Below, one piece after another: positions 46,097 through 55,215 of a DNA stretch of 64,000 bases. Both the position numbers and the translations under genes were made by a program. The notes under the pieces are model-generated. The model was not told where the DNA came from. It saw only the letters and a list, made by a program, of their open reading frames with translations, and searched no databases. Source of the DNA: Nitrospirota bacterium. GTDB lineage: Bacteria > Nitrospirota > Thermodesulfovibrionia > Thermodesulfovibrionales > Magnetobacteriaceae. How positions within the stretch are numbered: position 1 is the first letter of the stretch; each line of letters starts with the position of its first letter. The DNA lies in contig JADFYB010000001.1 of the NCBI GenBank assembly GCA_015233245.1, forward strand, positions 23,386 to 87,385, given 5' to 3'.

Positions 46097-46876
46097 TTAA
46101 GTGTGTTCTCCCCTTAATCTTTTTTCAGCGATCCTCACATATTGCGGTTCTTTTTCGATTCCAATCCAGTTCCGGCCATATTTTTGAGCTACAACAGCAG
46201 TTGTTCCACTTCCCAAAAATGGGTCCAAGACAATATCATTCTCATTTGAGCTTGCTAAAATGATCCTTTTTAACATCTCTTCTGGTTTTTGAGTTGGATG
46301 CAAGGCTTTTCCGTCTTCGCCTCTTGCTCGTTCTTTGCCCTGAACCAACGGCATTTCCCATAAATCACGCATTTGCTTCTCTTCCCCATTTTTTTGTTTT
46401 TCCGGATTAATTGCCTTTATTTTTTCATAATTAAAAGTCCACCCGGAGCCTTTAACTGCCCAAACAACAAATTCCGTTGAATGGGTAAAAACACGTTTTG
46501 TCATATTTGGCATTGCGTTTGTCTTATACCATGTGATGATATTGTTTATCTTAAAATCGAGTTGTTTTAAAACAATTATTAATTCAGCTATATTGTGGTA
46601 ACTACACGCAATATACATTGATCCCGTTTCTTTTAAGACACTATGACAGCCAGCAATCCATTTTCTGGTAAACTGCAAATAGTCGGGTGCTGTCATCTTG
46701 TCCCAGTGTTCATTGACCATGTACCAATCTCCTCCGGTTTTATTCCCTTTCCATTTCAAACCGTTACCGGAAAGGTTATAAGGCGGATCGGCAAAAATAA
46801 GATCAATTGAGTTTTCATCAATTTCATGGTTTAAACATTCTATACAATCGTCGTTGTAAATTATATTTTTTTTCAT
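46097..46876 (-). CDS. Beta-class N6-adenine/N4-cytosine DNA methyltransferase (second MTase of the R-M system)
   Basis: Motif IV is IFADPPYN. Near the C-terminus, HPTQKPEEML and the AdoMet motif VLDPFLGSGTT follow in beta-class order. I prefer the ATG at 46876, 2 nt after the endonuclease stop. Confidence 0.9.
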   Translation of the reverse strand: MKKNIIYNDDCIECLNHEIDENSIDLIFADPPYNLSGNGLKWKGNKTGGDWYMVNEHWDKMTAPDYLQFTRKWIAGCHSVLKETGSMYIACSYHNIAELIIVLKQLDFKINNIITWYKTNAMPNMTKRVFTHSTEFVVWAVKGSGWTFNYEKIKAINPEKQKNGEEKQMRDLWEMPLVQGKERARGEDGKALHPTQKPEEMLKRIILASSNENDIVLDPFLGSGTTAVVAQKYGRNWIGIEKEPQYVRIAEKRLRGEHT

Positions 46877-46878
46877 AA

Positions 46879-48696
46879 CTAAAAAGTAAGGCTTTCCTGC
46901 CAGGATGTAATAGTCTTTTGTACACTTTTTACCCATTCATTTGAATCTGATAAGACCTCCGACTTTTCTAAAATCTTATCATAGAGACGAAAAAGGTCAT
47001 TATGTTTTAAAAGCTTTCCGTGTTTTTTTATCTCAACAAGTATTTTTAAAAGCTCAATGAAATTATTAATTGATAACGGAACAATTTTTTGTTTACGCCC
47101 CTCATATTCATATTTAATTGCAGTCCAAAAAGTATTTATTGTGTCTCTGTGCAGTTTTGGAGCAACGAATAAGCAATAAGAACTTTTATCAATATGTTTG
47201 TTCTCGAAATCTCTTAAATGACGCATTACCGGCTGTCCTTCATTGTACCACTGATTACGTCCTGTAAGCATTGTAACCTCACAAATAGCATTGTAGTTTT
47301 CATAAAAACATTCAATGTCCGGAATATTTGCAGGGGCAGTAAAGGTTGGCTCATTATCATCGCCCACGGGATAATTCGGTTTGATTTTCAATGCATCATT
47401 TAGCGCATTAAGTCCAAGCGATAAAAGTTTTTCTAATAAAATTGGCCTATCATCAGCCTTAAAGATATTTTCTAAATCGTTAATGCATATTTTTATTTGC
47501 TCAATTTCTTGTGTTTTTTGTTGGTTTTGTTTATCTTGCAGTTCCCTTCGATAGTTTCGTAAATCACTAATAAATCTTTTTAAACCATCCTCCTCTAAAT
47601 CATTGTAATTCAAAAACGACTTTGGTGTTATTCCTGTTTCCTTTTCGTACAACCTTATGTCGTCTATTAGCGTTACAGCAATTTCAATAAGTTTTTCAAT
47701 AGTTTCCCATGGCAGTTCGGGTTTGGAAATGTTGGAAATATACTCTATATAATCCTTTTTTGAGATAAAAACTTTTGATTGTGCATTATCAAAATTAAGC
47801 AGGTTTTTAATTTCTATTGACCGTCGTGGCTCTAAATCAATATAAACACCTCCTCCTCGGATGTAAATATAACGTGTCAAACGAAAATATCTAATTGCAT
47901 TATCTCCATAATCTTTTAGGTTTTTTAAGAGTTTTTGAATTTTTGTAGTATCTGTTGTCTGTAAAAATTCTTCTGCAAAAACATATCTATATTTACTAAA
48001 AATAGTTTTTTGTTCCTGCCTGGTTTTACCTTTTAGTTTTTCTCTCAACGAAATAATTTTTTCGGAATACGAGTCTATGTCTTTATAATTAACAAGTGTT
48101 GGACAAAATAAAGAAAATTCCTCCTTACTAATTCCCTTTTCTTTTTCTCTTAAAATCCCTGATTTTTTATTTACTTTTTGAATAAGGTGAAGGATACCGA
48201 TAAACGGTTTTATGTCGTATCCGTCTTTAAGGTTATAATCATCGCTATCAGGATTTGGTATTTGCCACTTTATAAAACTTCTAAAAAAAATCTCTCCAAG
48301 ATCAAAGTCATCATTTAAAAATAGTTTGCCTAAACTTGTAATAGAAATTTTTTTATCTTTTAGTACAACAAATCCAAATTTCTTAAGCGGATTTATAGAC
48401 TGCCTGCCTCTCATTGCAGGATCTTCATAGTTTTTAGCAATAAAAATCTTTTCAGCCTCTTCAAAAGAAATTTTTCTAGTTGGATCATCAATCAAATCAA
48501 TGTATGTTTGCGATAATCCATTATAAAATTGATTATTTCCAAAGCCGTATATTCTTTCTTTAATCAAAAGAATCTGGTATTTTCTTTGGTTTTCTAAATC
48601 CCATTTGCAATTTCCAAGTTGATTTAAAACGATCAAGAAATCTCTTAATCGCTCAGGATTTCTCAGAGTTGTTGTTATTGACCATGTTTTTTTCAT
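46879..48696 (-). CDS. AlwI/BstNBI/PleI/MlyI-family type IIS restriction endonuclease (or nicking enzyme)
   Basis: 605 aa. Several blocks match my recollection of N.BstNBI. INPLKKFGFVVL...ISITSLGKLFL...FIKWQIPNP matches VAPMKTYGFVFV...LRITEAGKML...LVKWQYPS. AIRYFRLTRYIYIRG matches TTRYFRYTGLFVARG. PDIECFYENYNAICEVTMLTG matches PDMEIIYEDFIVLGEVTTSKG. YCLFVAPKL matches YCLFIAPEI. The comparison is from memory, not a search. Confidence 0.75.
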   Translation of the reverse strand: MKKTWSITTTLRNPERLRDFLIVLNQLGNCKWDLENQRKYQILLIKERIYGFGNNQFYNGLSQTYIDLIDDPTRKISFEEAEKIFIAKNYEDPAMRGRQSINPLKKFGFVVLKDKKISITSLGKLFLNDDFDLGEIFFRSFIKWQIPNPDSDDYNLKDGYDIKPFIGILHLIQKVNKKSGILREKEKGISKEEFSLFCPTLVNYKDIDSYSEKIISLREKLKGKTRQEQKTIFSKYRYVFAEEFLQTTDTTKIQKLLKNLKDYGDNAIRYFRLTRYIYIRGGGVYIDLEPRRSIEIKNLLNFDNAQSKVFISKKDYIEYISNISKPELPWETIEKLIEIAVTLIDDIRLYEKETGITPKSFLNYNDLEEDGLKRFISDLRNYRRELQDKQNQQKTQEIEQIKICINDLENIFKADDRPILLEKLLSLGLNALNDALKIKPNYPVGDDNEPTFTAPANIPDIECFYENYNAICEVTMLTGRNQWYNEGQPVMRHLRDFENKHIDKSSYCLFVAPKLHRDTINTFWTAIKYEYEGRKQKIVPLSINNFIELLKILVEIKKHGKLLKHNDLFRLYDKILEKSEVLSDSNEWVKSVQKTITSWQESLTF

Positions 48697-48700
48697 AGTA

Positions 48701-50503
48701 TTAGTTTACTTTACAATAAAAAATACGCTCTGCGTTACCATCGCCATTGCTCTTTCCAGTACTGAAGGCCTTGTAATCTCTTTCAAAAATTTCAACCTCT
48801 CCTTTATTTAACAATATTTGCAAAATATCATTATCACTCATTCTGGCATTTGAACGTCCATCTTTAGAATCGCCCGTATTATTATAAGACAATAGAATAT
48901 GTTTACAATTTGCATTTTTAATTAAGTCATCAAATGCTTGAATGGCATTTTTTAGACAATATAAACTTTTGATGTGTGAACGATCCATTTTTTTAGCTAC
49001 ACCCTCAACTGTTGGTTTTTTCCATTGCGCTACATTTTCTAATAAATGATACGCATCAGAATATTGACGAGAATTGTATGGCGGATCAATATAAAGAACA
49101 TCGCAAGTAATTTGTCTAATCAAAATGTTTGCATTCTCTTTATAAACCTCATTATTTCCATTATTTAGATAATCAATATCGGGGACTAATAACTTTATGG
49201 GTTGCAACATATCCAAATCTTTACGAAAAGCGTCATAATGTCCAACTGTATTTGCAACTTTATCTATAGCGTAAATTAAGGAACAGATAAGAATATTTTT
49301 TACTTCTTCTATTTTCTCTATTTTCTCTATCTCTTCGCGAATAGCCCCAATTTTTCTGGCATTTTCCAAAGAAAAATAAGTATTTCCAAAGTGCTCTGAA
49401 AAATAATTGTCTTGTTCAACTTGTAAGTTGTTAAGATAATGTATCTTTTCTGCAATATCTCTGACATTTATACTTGTGCCAAGGAATGCTCTTAGACATA
49501 CGTAATTGCTATATAGAAAATCATTAGAAATAACTCTTATTTCTGGTTTATTAAATCTTTCGCCAACAACACCGGTGCCAGCAAAAATATCGCAAAATGA
49601 TTTAATACTATTGCATTTTTCTATAACAATATCTTCAATAAAACCGAGTAATTTATATTTATTGCCTAAGTATCTTCGGTTGTGTAATTGAAAAGTATCT
49701 GCCCTAGCTTTAAGAAAGAGAGGATACGGTCTGTTAATTTTTTGTATGTTTGCATTATAAAGAGGCTTATCTATTTCCAATAGGTCAAACAAGGTAGTTT
49801 GAATCCCATCTGAAACATAATCAAGGCCGTTGTCTGAATCTTTTAAGTTTAAGTAAAAACTATAATGCTTGTTTTCAGAAATAATAATAAAATCAATTAC
49901 AGGGACACCCATTATTTCTCCTGCTTGCACAATCCTTGCAACAATTCGCTGATCTTTTTCACTTGGTATGGAATTACCGGATGGGTGGTTATGGACTAAA
50001 ATTATACTTGACGCATTTAATTTAGTTGCCGGATAAAAAATTTCTCTCGGATGGATTAGTGTTTTATCAAGTAAACCCACACTGACAATATCTTTTTTTA
50101 TTAAAACATTTCTTGCATTGAGATAGAGACAAATCAAATATTCCTTTTTTTTATCTCCTAAATCATAAGTCAAAGCAAAAGCATCATTTGAGTTTCTGAT
50201 AACAACGTCTCTGTCTTTATTCTCCTCATAGAATCTTTTCACCAAAGAAATTGCTGAAATAATTTGTAATGCTTTCGCTTGCCCAATTCCTGAAATCTCT
50301 AATAAGTCATCAACAGTAATAGTTAGAAAATTCTTGCTAAATCTCCTAATAATATGTTCTGAAAGTTGCCTGACATTTTTACCTTTTATTCCACTGCCTA
50401 ATATAATTGCTAAAAGATCGCTTTTAGAAAGTGCATCTGCTCCTTTTTGTATAAATAGCTCTCTTGGGCGGTCAACCTTTGGAATATCTTTAATTTTCTG
50501 CAT
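48701..50503 (-). CDS. Fusion protein: full RadC (HhH + JAB/MPN domain) plus D12-class (Dam-like) N6-adenine DNA methyltransferase
   Basis: Residues 1-220 are RadC-like: DRPRE, LLAIILGSG, ISGIGQAKAL and the JAB motif ILVHNHPSGNSIPSEKD. Residues ~260-600 are D12 MTase: RRYLGNKYKLL, the AdoMet motif FCDIFAGTGVVG and the catalytic LYIDPPYN. It is one uninterrupted 600-aa ORF, and no Met lies near the domain junction. Confidence 0.85.
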   Translation of the reverse strand: MQKIKDIPKVDRPRELFIQKGADALSKSDLLAIILGSGIKGKNVRQLSEHIIRRFSKNFLTITVDDLLEISGIGQAKALQIISAISLVKRFYEENKDRDVVIRNSNDAFALTYDLGDKKKEYLICLYLNARNVLIKKDIVSVGLLDKTLIHPREIFYPATKLNASSIILVHNHPSGNSIPSEKDQRIVARIVQAGEIMGVPVIDFIIISENKHYSFYLNLKDSDNGLDYVSDGIQTTLFDLLEIDKPLYNANIQKINRPYPLFLKARADTFQLHNRRYLGNKYKLLGFIEDIVIEKCNSIKSFCDIFAGTGVVGERFNKPEIRVISNDFLYSNYVCLRAFLGTSINVRDIAEKIHYLNNLQVEQDNYFSEHFGNTYFSLENARKIGAIREEIEKIEKIEEVKNILICSLIYAIDKVANTVGHYDAFRKDLDMLQPIKLLVPDIDYLNNGNNEVYKENANILIRQITCDVLYIDPPYNSRQYSDAYHLLENVAQWKKPTVEGVAKKMDRSHIKSLYCLKNAIQAFDDLIKNANCKHILLSYNNTGDSKDGRSNARMSDNDILQILLNKGEVEIFERDYKAFSTGKSNGDGNAERIFYCKVN

Positions 50504-50706
50504 TTTTACTATCCTGTTTAAACTGTATTTTTATATTACAAATCCCCATCTCCATTATAACATAACTATTATGACCCGTCCATTGAGCCGTTCACTTCAA
50601 CAAGCGCTTCAGATAGTCAAGTGCACGATTTCAGGTGCCGGCTACATTGTTTTACAGAGCAGGTGATTTTATCAACTATCTAATTTTAAACTTATCAACT
50701 GCACAC

Positions 50707-50735
50707 TTTAAGTTTAAAAAATTTTATGTTATAAT
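50707..50735 (+). promoter_or_regulatory. Putative extended -10 promoter for the TPR gene
   Basis: TTTAAG (50707..50712), a 17-nt spacer and TGtTATAAT (50727..50735). This implies a ~137-nt leader before the ATG at 50879. Confidence 0.4.
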
Positions 50736-50878
50736 ATATCGTTGATGGAGATGTTGTATAAGAAGTACGGTTGGTGGGAAAGGCTCCGGGGCAGGTTGCC
50801 AGAGGAGACGGGAGAGAACCTCGTACATGGGTGCTTTACTCGGTTTTAGATGTGTACTAACAAACATTATGGAGTAAA

Positions 50879-52600
50879 ATGAAAATAAGAAAAACCTTCC
50901 TTTTTTTACAAATGATTTTTCTGATCACCTTTGTCTGTGTTACAGGCGCATTTGCTGCAAATTCAGCTACTAGTCCTAATTCAAGCACTTCTCAAAGCAG
51001 CGAGGAGTTAGCCTATTACCACTACATGCTGGGAGCTATAGCTGAAGAACAAAACGATTGGGTTAAGGCGCTAAAGGAATTTAGAGCAGCTCTAAAAGAT
51101 GACCCTGAGTCGTCATATCTGAAGGTTCAAATCGCATATGTACTGCTGAGGGAGGACAGGCCAGCTGATTCGCAAAAAGTGGTTGAGGATGTGTTAAAGA
51201 AAAATCCAAACTATATCCCTGCAATGAAGCTCTTAGGGGAATTATATAATGCAAACCATGGGTTGGATGAATCTATTAAACTGTATGAAAAAATTATAAG
51301 CTTAGACCCTGACGACACAGGAGCAATAGTTTTCTTAGGTGCCCTGTACTTATCGAAAAAGGATTATGAAAATGCCGGCAGAGTGCTAAGAGTGTTTGTT
51401 GACAAGGATCCCTCTAATGTTATGGGGAATTACTATCTGGGTATAATATTTCTGGAAACTAATGACCTTGATAACGCAACCAAATACTTAAAAACCGCCC
51501 TCATCCTCAATCCCTCCTTTGACCCGGCACTCGTCTATATGGGCATGATAAGCGAAATGAAGGGCAATAAAGATGAGGCTGCAAAGTACTATAAGGGTGC
51601 ACTTGAGATAAATTCCCAAAATCTGAAAGCCAGAGAATTGCTCTCACGGCTCTATGTGACAAACAAGGAAATCCCAAAGGCGATTGAGGAGCTGGAGACA
51701 TTAAGCAAAGAACTGCCGGAAAACATAGATATACATTTAAGAATTGGGCTTCTGTATCTTGAGGAGGAGGCCTTTGACAAAGCAGTAGATGAGTTTATGC
51801 TTGTCAAAACGGCTGCTCCCAATAACGTCCTTGTCAAATACTACCTGTCTTTAGCGTACGAGGCTATGAAAAAAATTGATTTGGCTATAGATGAGTTAAA
51901 ACAGGCTATCAACATAGCGCCTAAAAATGTTAAAGCATTTCTCAGATTGGCCTATCTTTACAAGGAAACCAAAAACTACGAAGAGGCTGCACATTATTAC
52001 GAGGAGCTTCTTTCTTTTGATACATCAAAGCCGGAGTATTTCCTCTACGCTGCACTTGTTTACACTAATATGAAAAATTATAACAGGGCAATTGAGTTGC
52101 TGACAAACGCTCTTAAAATCTACCCTGATAACGAGGAAATCTACCTGAATATTGCAAATGTTTATGAGAAAATGAATGACTTTGAAACTATGGAGCGCTA
52201 TATAAGAAAGGTACTGGAAATAGATCCTGATAACTCAGATGCCTTAAATTATCTTGCCTACTCGTATGCAGACAGAGGGGAGCGGCTGGATGAGGCACTT
52301 GAACTTGTTAATAAAGCTCTTAAACTTAAACCCGATAACGGTTACATTATAGATAGCCGTGCATGGATTTATTATCAAAAGGGAAAATACAAGGATGCAC
52401 TGAAAGAGCAGGAAAAGGCCATAAGTCTTGTTAACGATGATGCAACTATATTTGAACACCTTGGGGATATATATTTCAAACTGGAAAATTACGATAAGGC
52501 TGTGGCAGCATGGGAAAATTCCCTTAAACACTATAAAGACGAGTCAGGTCTTAAGGACAGAGTTGAAGAGAAATTAAAAAATTTACCCAAGCATGAGTAA
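50879..52600 (+). CDS. Secreted tetratricopeptide-repeat protein
   Basis: 573 aa. The signal peptide ends in GAFA-AN, and about 14 TPR units with the recurring A..Y......P pattern follow. A GGAG RBS is present. Confidence 0.85.
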   Translation: MKIRKTFLFLQMIFLITFVCVTGAFAANSATSPNSSTSQSSEELAYYHYMLGAIAEEQNDWVKALKEFRAALKDDPESSYLKVQIAYVLLREDRPADSQKVVEDVLKKNPNYIPAMKLLGELYNANHGLDESIKLYEKIISLDPDDTGAIVFLGALYLSKKDYENAGRVLRVFVDKDPSNVMGNYYLGIIFLETNDLDNATKYLKTALILNPSFDPALVYMGMISEMKGNKDEAAKYYKGALEINSQNLKARELLSRLYVTNKEIPKAIEELETLSKELPENIDIHLRIGLLYLEEEAFDKAVDEFMLVKTAAPNNVLVKYYLSLAYEAMKKIDLAIDELKQAINIAPKNVKAFLRLAYLYKETKNYEEAAHYYEELLSFDTSKPEYFLYAALVYTNMKNYNRAIELLTNALKIYPDNEEIYLNIANVYEKMNDFETMERYIRKVLEIDPDNSDALNYLAYSYADRGERLDEALELVNKALKLKPDNGYIIDSRAWIYYQKGKYKDALKEQEKAISLVNDDATIFEHLGDIYFKLENYDKAVAAWENSLKHYKDESGLKDRVEEKLKNLPKHE

Positions 52601-52618
52601 CTAAACAAATCACAATAC

Positions 52619-53545
52619 ATGCTTAAACTCTTAGCCCCGGCAAAGATCAACTGGTTTTTGTTTGTCACCGGAGTACGGGCAGACGGTTATCATGACATAG
52701 CCTCGCTGTTTCAATCCATCAGTGTTTATGACTCTCTGGAGTTTAAAACTACCTCGGATGCCTCTGTGTTTTCACCCCTTATGCTGGAAAGCGATTTAAA
52801 TATCCCCGCTAAGGATAATCTTGTATCAAAGGCTCTAAATATTTTAGCCTCCCATATGAAATTGTACAAACTGAGTGAAGAAATCACAGGTGAAATCACG
52901 ATAAAGTTAACAAAAGAAATACCGGCAGAGGCAGGGCTTGGCGGAGGCAGCTCCGATTGTGCTGCAGCGTTGATGGGTCTAAACAGGCTTTTAGACCTCG
53001 GACTTAGCATTGATGAGCTTGCAGAATTGGCGGCAAAGGCTGGCTCGGATGTACCTTTTTTTATCAAAGGCTCTGTTGCAATGGTTACGGGCAGAGGGGA
53101 TATTGTTACTCCTCTTATTTCAGATGCCTCTGTTGCTTTACTGCTTGTAAAACCGCCTGTTTCTATTTCCACCCCGTGGGCATATAAAATGGTTGACAAG
53201 AGGCTGGATAGAAAACTCATGGCTGAAAACAGACTATTAAATATTCCCGCACTTGCCACTCAATTTATTAAGGCACTAAGCATCCGTGATTTTAAGACAA
53301 TGGGAAAATTAATGAAAAACGACATCGAGGACGCAATAAGCGCTGATTTCCCGTGGATTAATGAAATCAAAGGACAGCTGAGTGATACCGGCGCCCGTGC
53401 GTCGCTTCTAAGCGGCAGCGGTTCCACGATTTTTGGCGCTTTCGATAGCAAACACAAAAGAGAGCAGGCTCAGGAGTTACTGTGCAAAAAATATCCGGAT
53501 TATTGGATTAAGACTGCTGACAGTCTTACTACCAATCCTCTATAA
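52619..53545 (+). CDS. ispE: 4-diphosphocytidyl-2-C-methyl-D-erythritol kinase
   Basis: The N-terminus is LAPAKINWFLFVTGVRADGYHDIASLFQSISVYD. The GHMP kinase motif is PAEAGLGGGSSDCAAAL. Confidence 0.9.
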   Translation: MLKLLAPAKINWFLFVTGVRADGYHDIASLFQSISVYDSLEFKTTSDASVFSPLMLESDLNIPAKDNLVSKALNILASHMKLYKLSEEITGEITIKLTKEIPAEAGLGGGSSDCAAALMGLNRLLDLGLSIDELAELAAKAGSDVPFFIKGSVAMVTGRGDIVTPLISDASVALLLVKPPVSISTPWAYKMVDKRLDRKLMAENRLLNIPALATQFIKALSIRDFKTMGKLMKNDIEDAISADFPWINEIKGQLSDTGARASLLSGSGSTIFGAFDSKHKREQAQELLCKKYPDYWIKTADSLTTNPL

Positions 53546-53568
53546 AAAGATTAAAACAATGTGGAGCT

Positions 53569-55194
53569 TTATTTTTTAATACCTTTTTCAATAAGCCTCA
53601 GATTAAACAGAGCATCTTCATATCCTGGGCGTAGTTGGATGGCCTTTTTGAAGTATCCAGAGGCCTCCTCTTTGTTTCCTTTAACAATCATAGCAGTGCC
53701 AAGGCCGTTATACGCCTCAGGTAAATTAGGTTTTAGTTTGAGAGCTATATTATAGTATAAAATACTCTTGTCAGCCTGTCTGAGCCGTACCAGTGCATTT
53801 GCATAGTTTACGTTGGCTTCTACATAGATGGGATTAATTTCCACCGCTTGTTTAAAATATCCGACAGCCTCATCTGACTTACCCATCGAGATAAGACTAG
53901 CTCCGAGGTTATTTAAAATCACAACGTTATCTTTTGTTACTGCTAAGGTATGTTTAAATAGCGTAACAGAGTTTTGCCAGTAGTAAACCTGTGTTTTGGA
54001 AAGCACTACGCAAAACAAAAGCACTATAAACGCTAAGACAGAGGTCAGAGCTTTTTTAGCGTTGGTTTTTGGCTCAGGTATTGACGTTACCACAATGGCA
54101 AACAGCCCTATATAGGGGATGTATGTAAATCTGTCAGCCATTGACTGATTTCCAACTTGTATAAGCCCGATTACCGGTAGCATTGTAATAACAAACCAAA
54201 ACCATCCGGTAAAAATGTATGGCGCCTTCTTAATAGTTAAAACGGCAATGGCTGACACCACCACAAGTGCCAATAAAGCCAACACCGGTTGTAATAGGGG
54301 TATCGTGCGGGGAAGGGGATACAGGCAAGCCAGATCAACCGGATAGAATATCTTATAAACATACTTAACATACGACACCAGCGCGTTTTCAAGTCTTAAA
54401 GAAATTGGGAGATTTTCCAAAGTGGCAACAGCTCCGACCTCCTTTTGGGCAAAAAATGTGACAATTGCAGTAATCATCGATATTGCAAAAAATGGAATTT
54501 TTTCATAAAACAGACTTTTATTAACTTTTAAAAAAGTTGTGATGACCCCTTCAAACTTAAACCTGCCACATGGCCATACGTCAAGCAAAAGGAGAGAAAC
54601 AGGGAGAGTAACGGCCATTGGTTTTGACATTATGCTTAAAATAAAGGCAATTGTAACGTATATATATTTTTTCAGTGACGGTTTTTTAGCATAACTAAAA
54701 TACAGAGCAACTGCAGCAATATAAAAAAATGCCGTGAGCACATCCTTTCGTTCAGCTATCCATGCAACCGATTCCACGTGCATGGGGTGGAGAGCAAACA
54801 AGGCAGCAAGCGCTCCGCTTCTTAGCATATCAGTGTTTATCAGGTAGAAGGCGTAAAACAGCAGGATTGAGTTAAGAATGTGAATAATGAGATTTGTTAT
54901 ATGATGGCCGCCAGCGTTAAGCCCGTACATTTCTATATCCAGCATATGTGTAAGCCACGTAAGTGGCTGCCAGTAAAAAGAATAAGTCGTTTTAAATGCC
55001 CAGAGCACATTATCAAGTGTTAAACCGTGAATTACCCGTTGATTCTCGAATATGTACTTGGTATCGTCTAAATTAACAAAATCAAAACCCCTGACTTCTA
55101 TGAAAACAAACACAGTTAAAACAATTATAAAAATGGCTGCTGTGATAATATCTCCGGAGCTGCCGGTTGATATTTTTTTTAAAAAATCTTTCAT
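53569..55194 (-). CDS. TMTC-like GT-C membrane protein with C-terminal TPR repeats (paralog of 17716..19359)
   Basis: 541 aa with FVNLDDTKYIFENQRV, HPMHVESVAWIAERKDVLTAF and a C-terminal TPR region. Confidence 0.75.
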   Translation of the reverse strand: MKDFLKKISTGSSGDIITAAIFIIVLTVFVFIEVRGFDFVNLDDTKYIFENQRVIHGLTLDNVLWAFKTTYSFYWQPLTWLTHMLDIEMYGLNAGGHHITNLIIHILNSILLFYAFYLINTDMLRSGALAALFALHPMHVESVAWIAERKDVLTAFFYIAAVALYFSYAKKPSLKKYIYVTIAFILSIMSKPMAVTLPVSLLLLDVWPCGRFKFEGVITTFLKVNKSLFYEKIPFFAISMITAIVTFFAQKEVGAVATLENLPISLRLENALVSYVKYVYKIFYPVDLACLYPLPRTIPLLQPVLALLALVVVSAIAVLTIKKAPYIFTGWFWFVITMLPVIGLIQVGNQSMADRFTYIPYIGLFAIVVTSIPEPKTNAKKALTSVLAFIVLLFCVVLSKTQVYYWQNSVTLFKHTLAVTKDNVVILNNLGASLISMGKSDEAVGYFKQAVEINPIYVEANVNYANALVRLRQADKSILYYNIALKLKPNLPEAYNGLGTAMIVKGNKEEASGYFKKAIQLRPGYEDALFNLRLIEKGIKK

Positions 55195-55215
55195 TTTTAT
55201 TTAACCATATTGAGT

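Noticed and set aside
50741-50878. Assignment of the GC-rich leader to a known RNA class. I considered the c-di-GMP-I/GEMM riboswitch, ykkC/guanidine-I, the glycine riboswitch, SRP RNA and 6S RNA.
   Set aside because: I could not align the conserved cores of any of these classes. The GEMM GCAAA/ACGCAAAGCC tetraloop-receptor hairpins, the ykkC GGGA...CCCGGGAGA block and the SRP GGAAGCAGCC block are all absent. It is kept only as an unclassified structured-leader candidate.
46000-50900. Calling the R-M island a mobile element.
   Set aside because: I found no integrase, recombinase or transposase, no terminal inverted repeats and no target-site duplication by eye. The only evidence is apparent AT-richness and the nature of the cargo.
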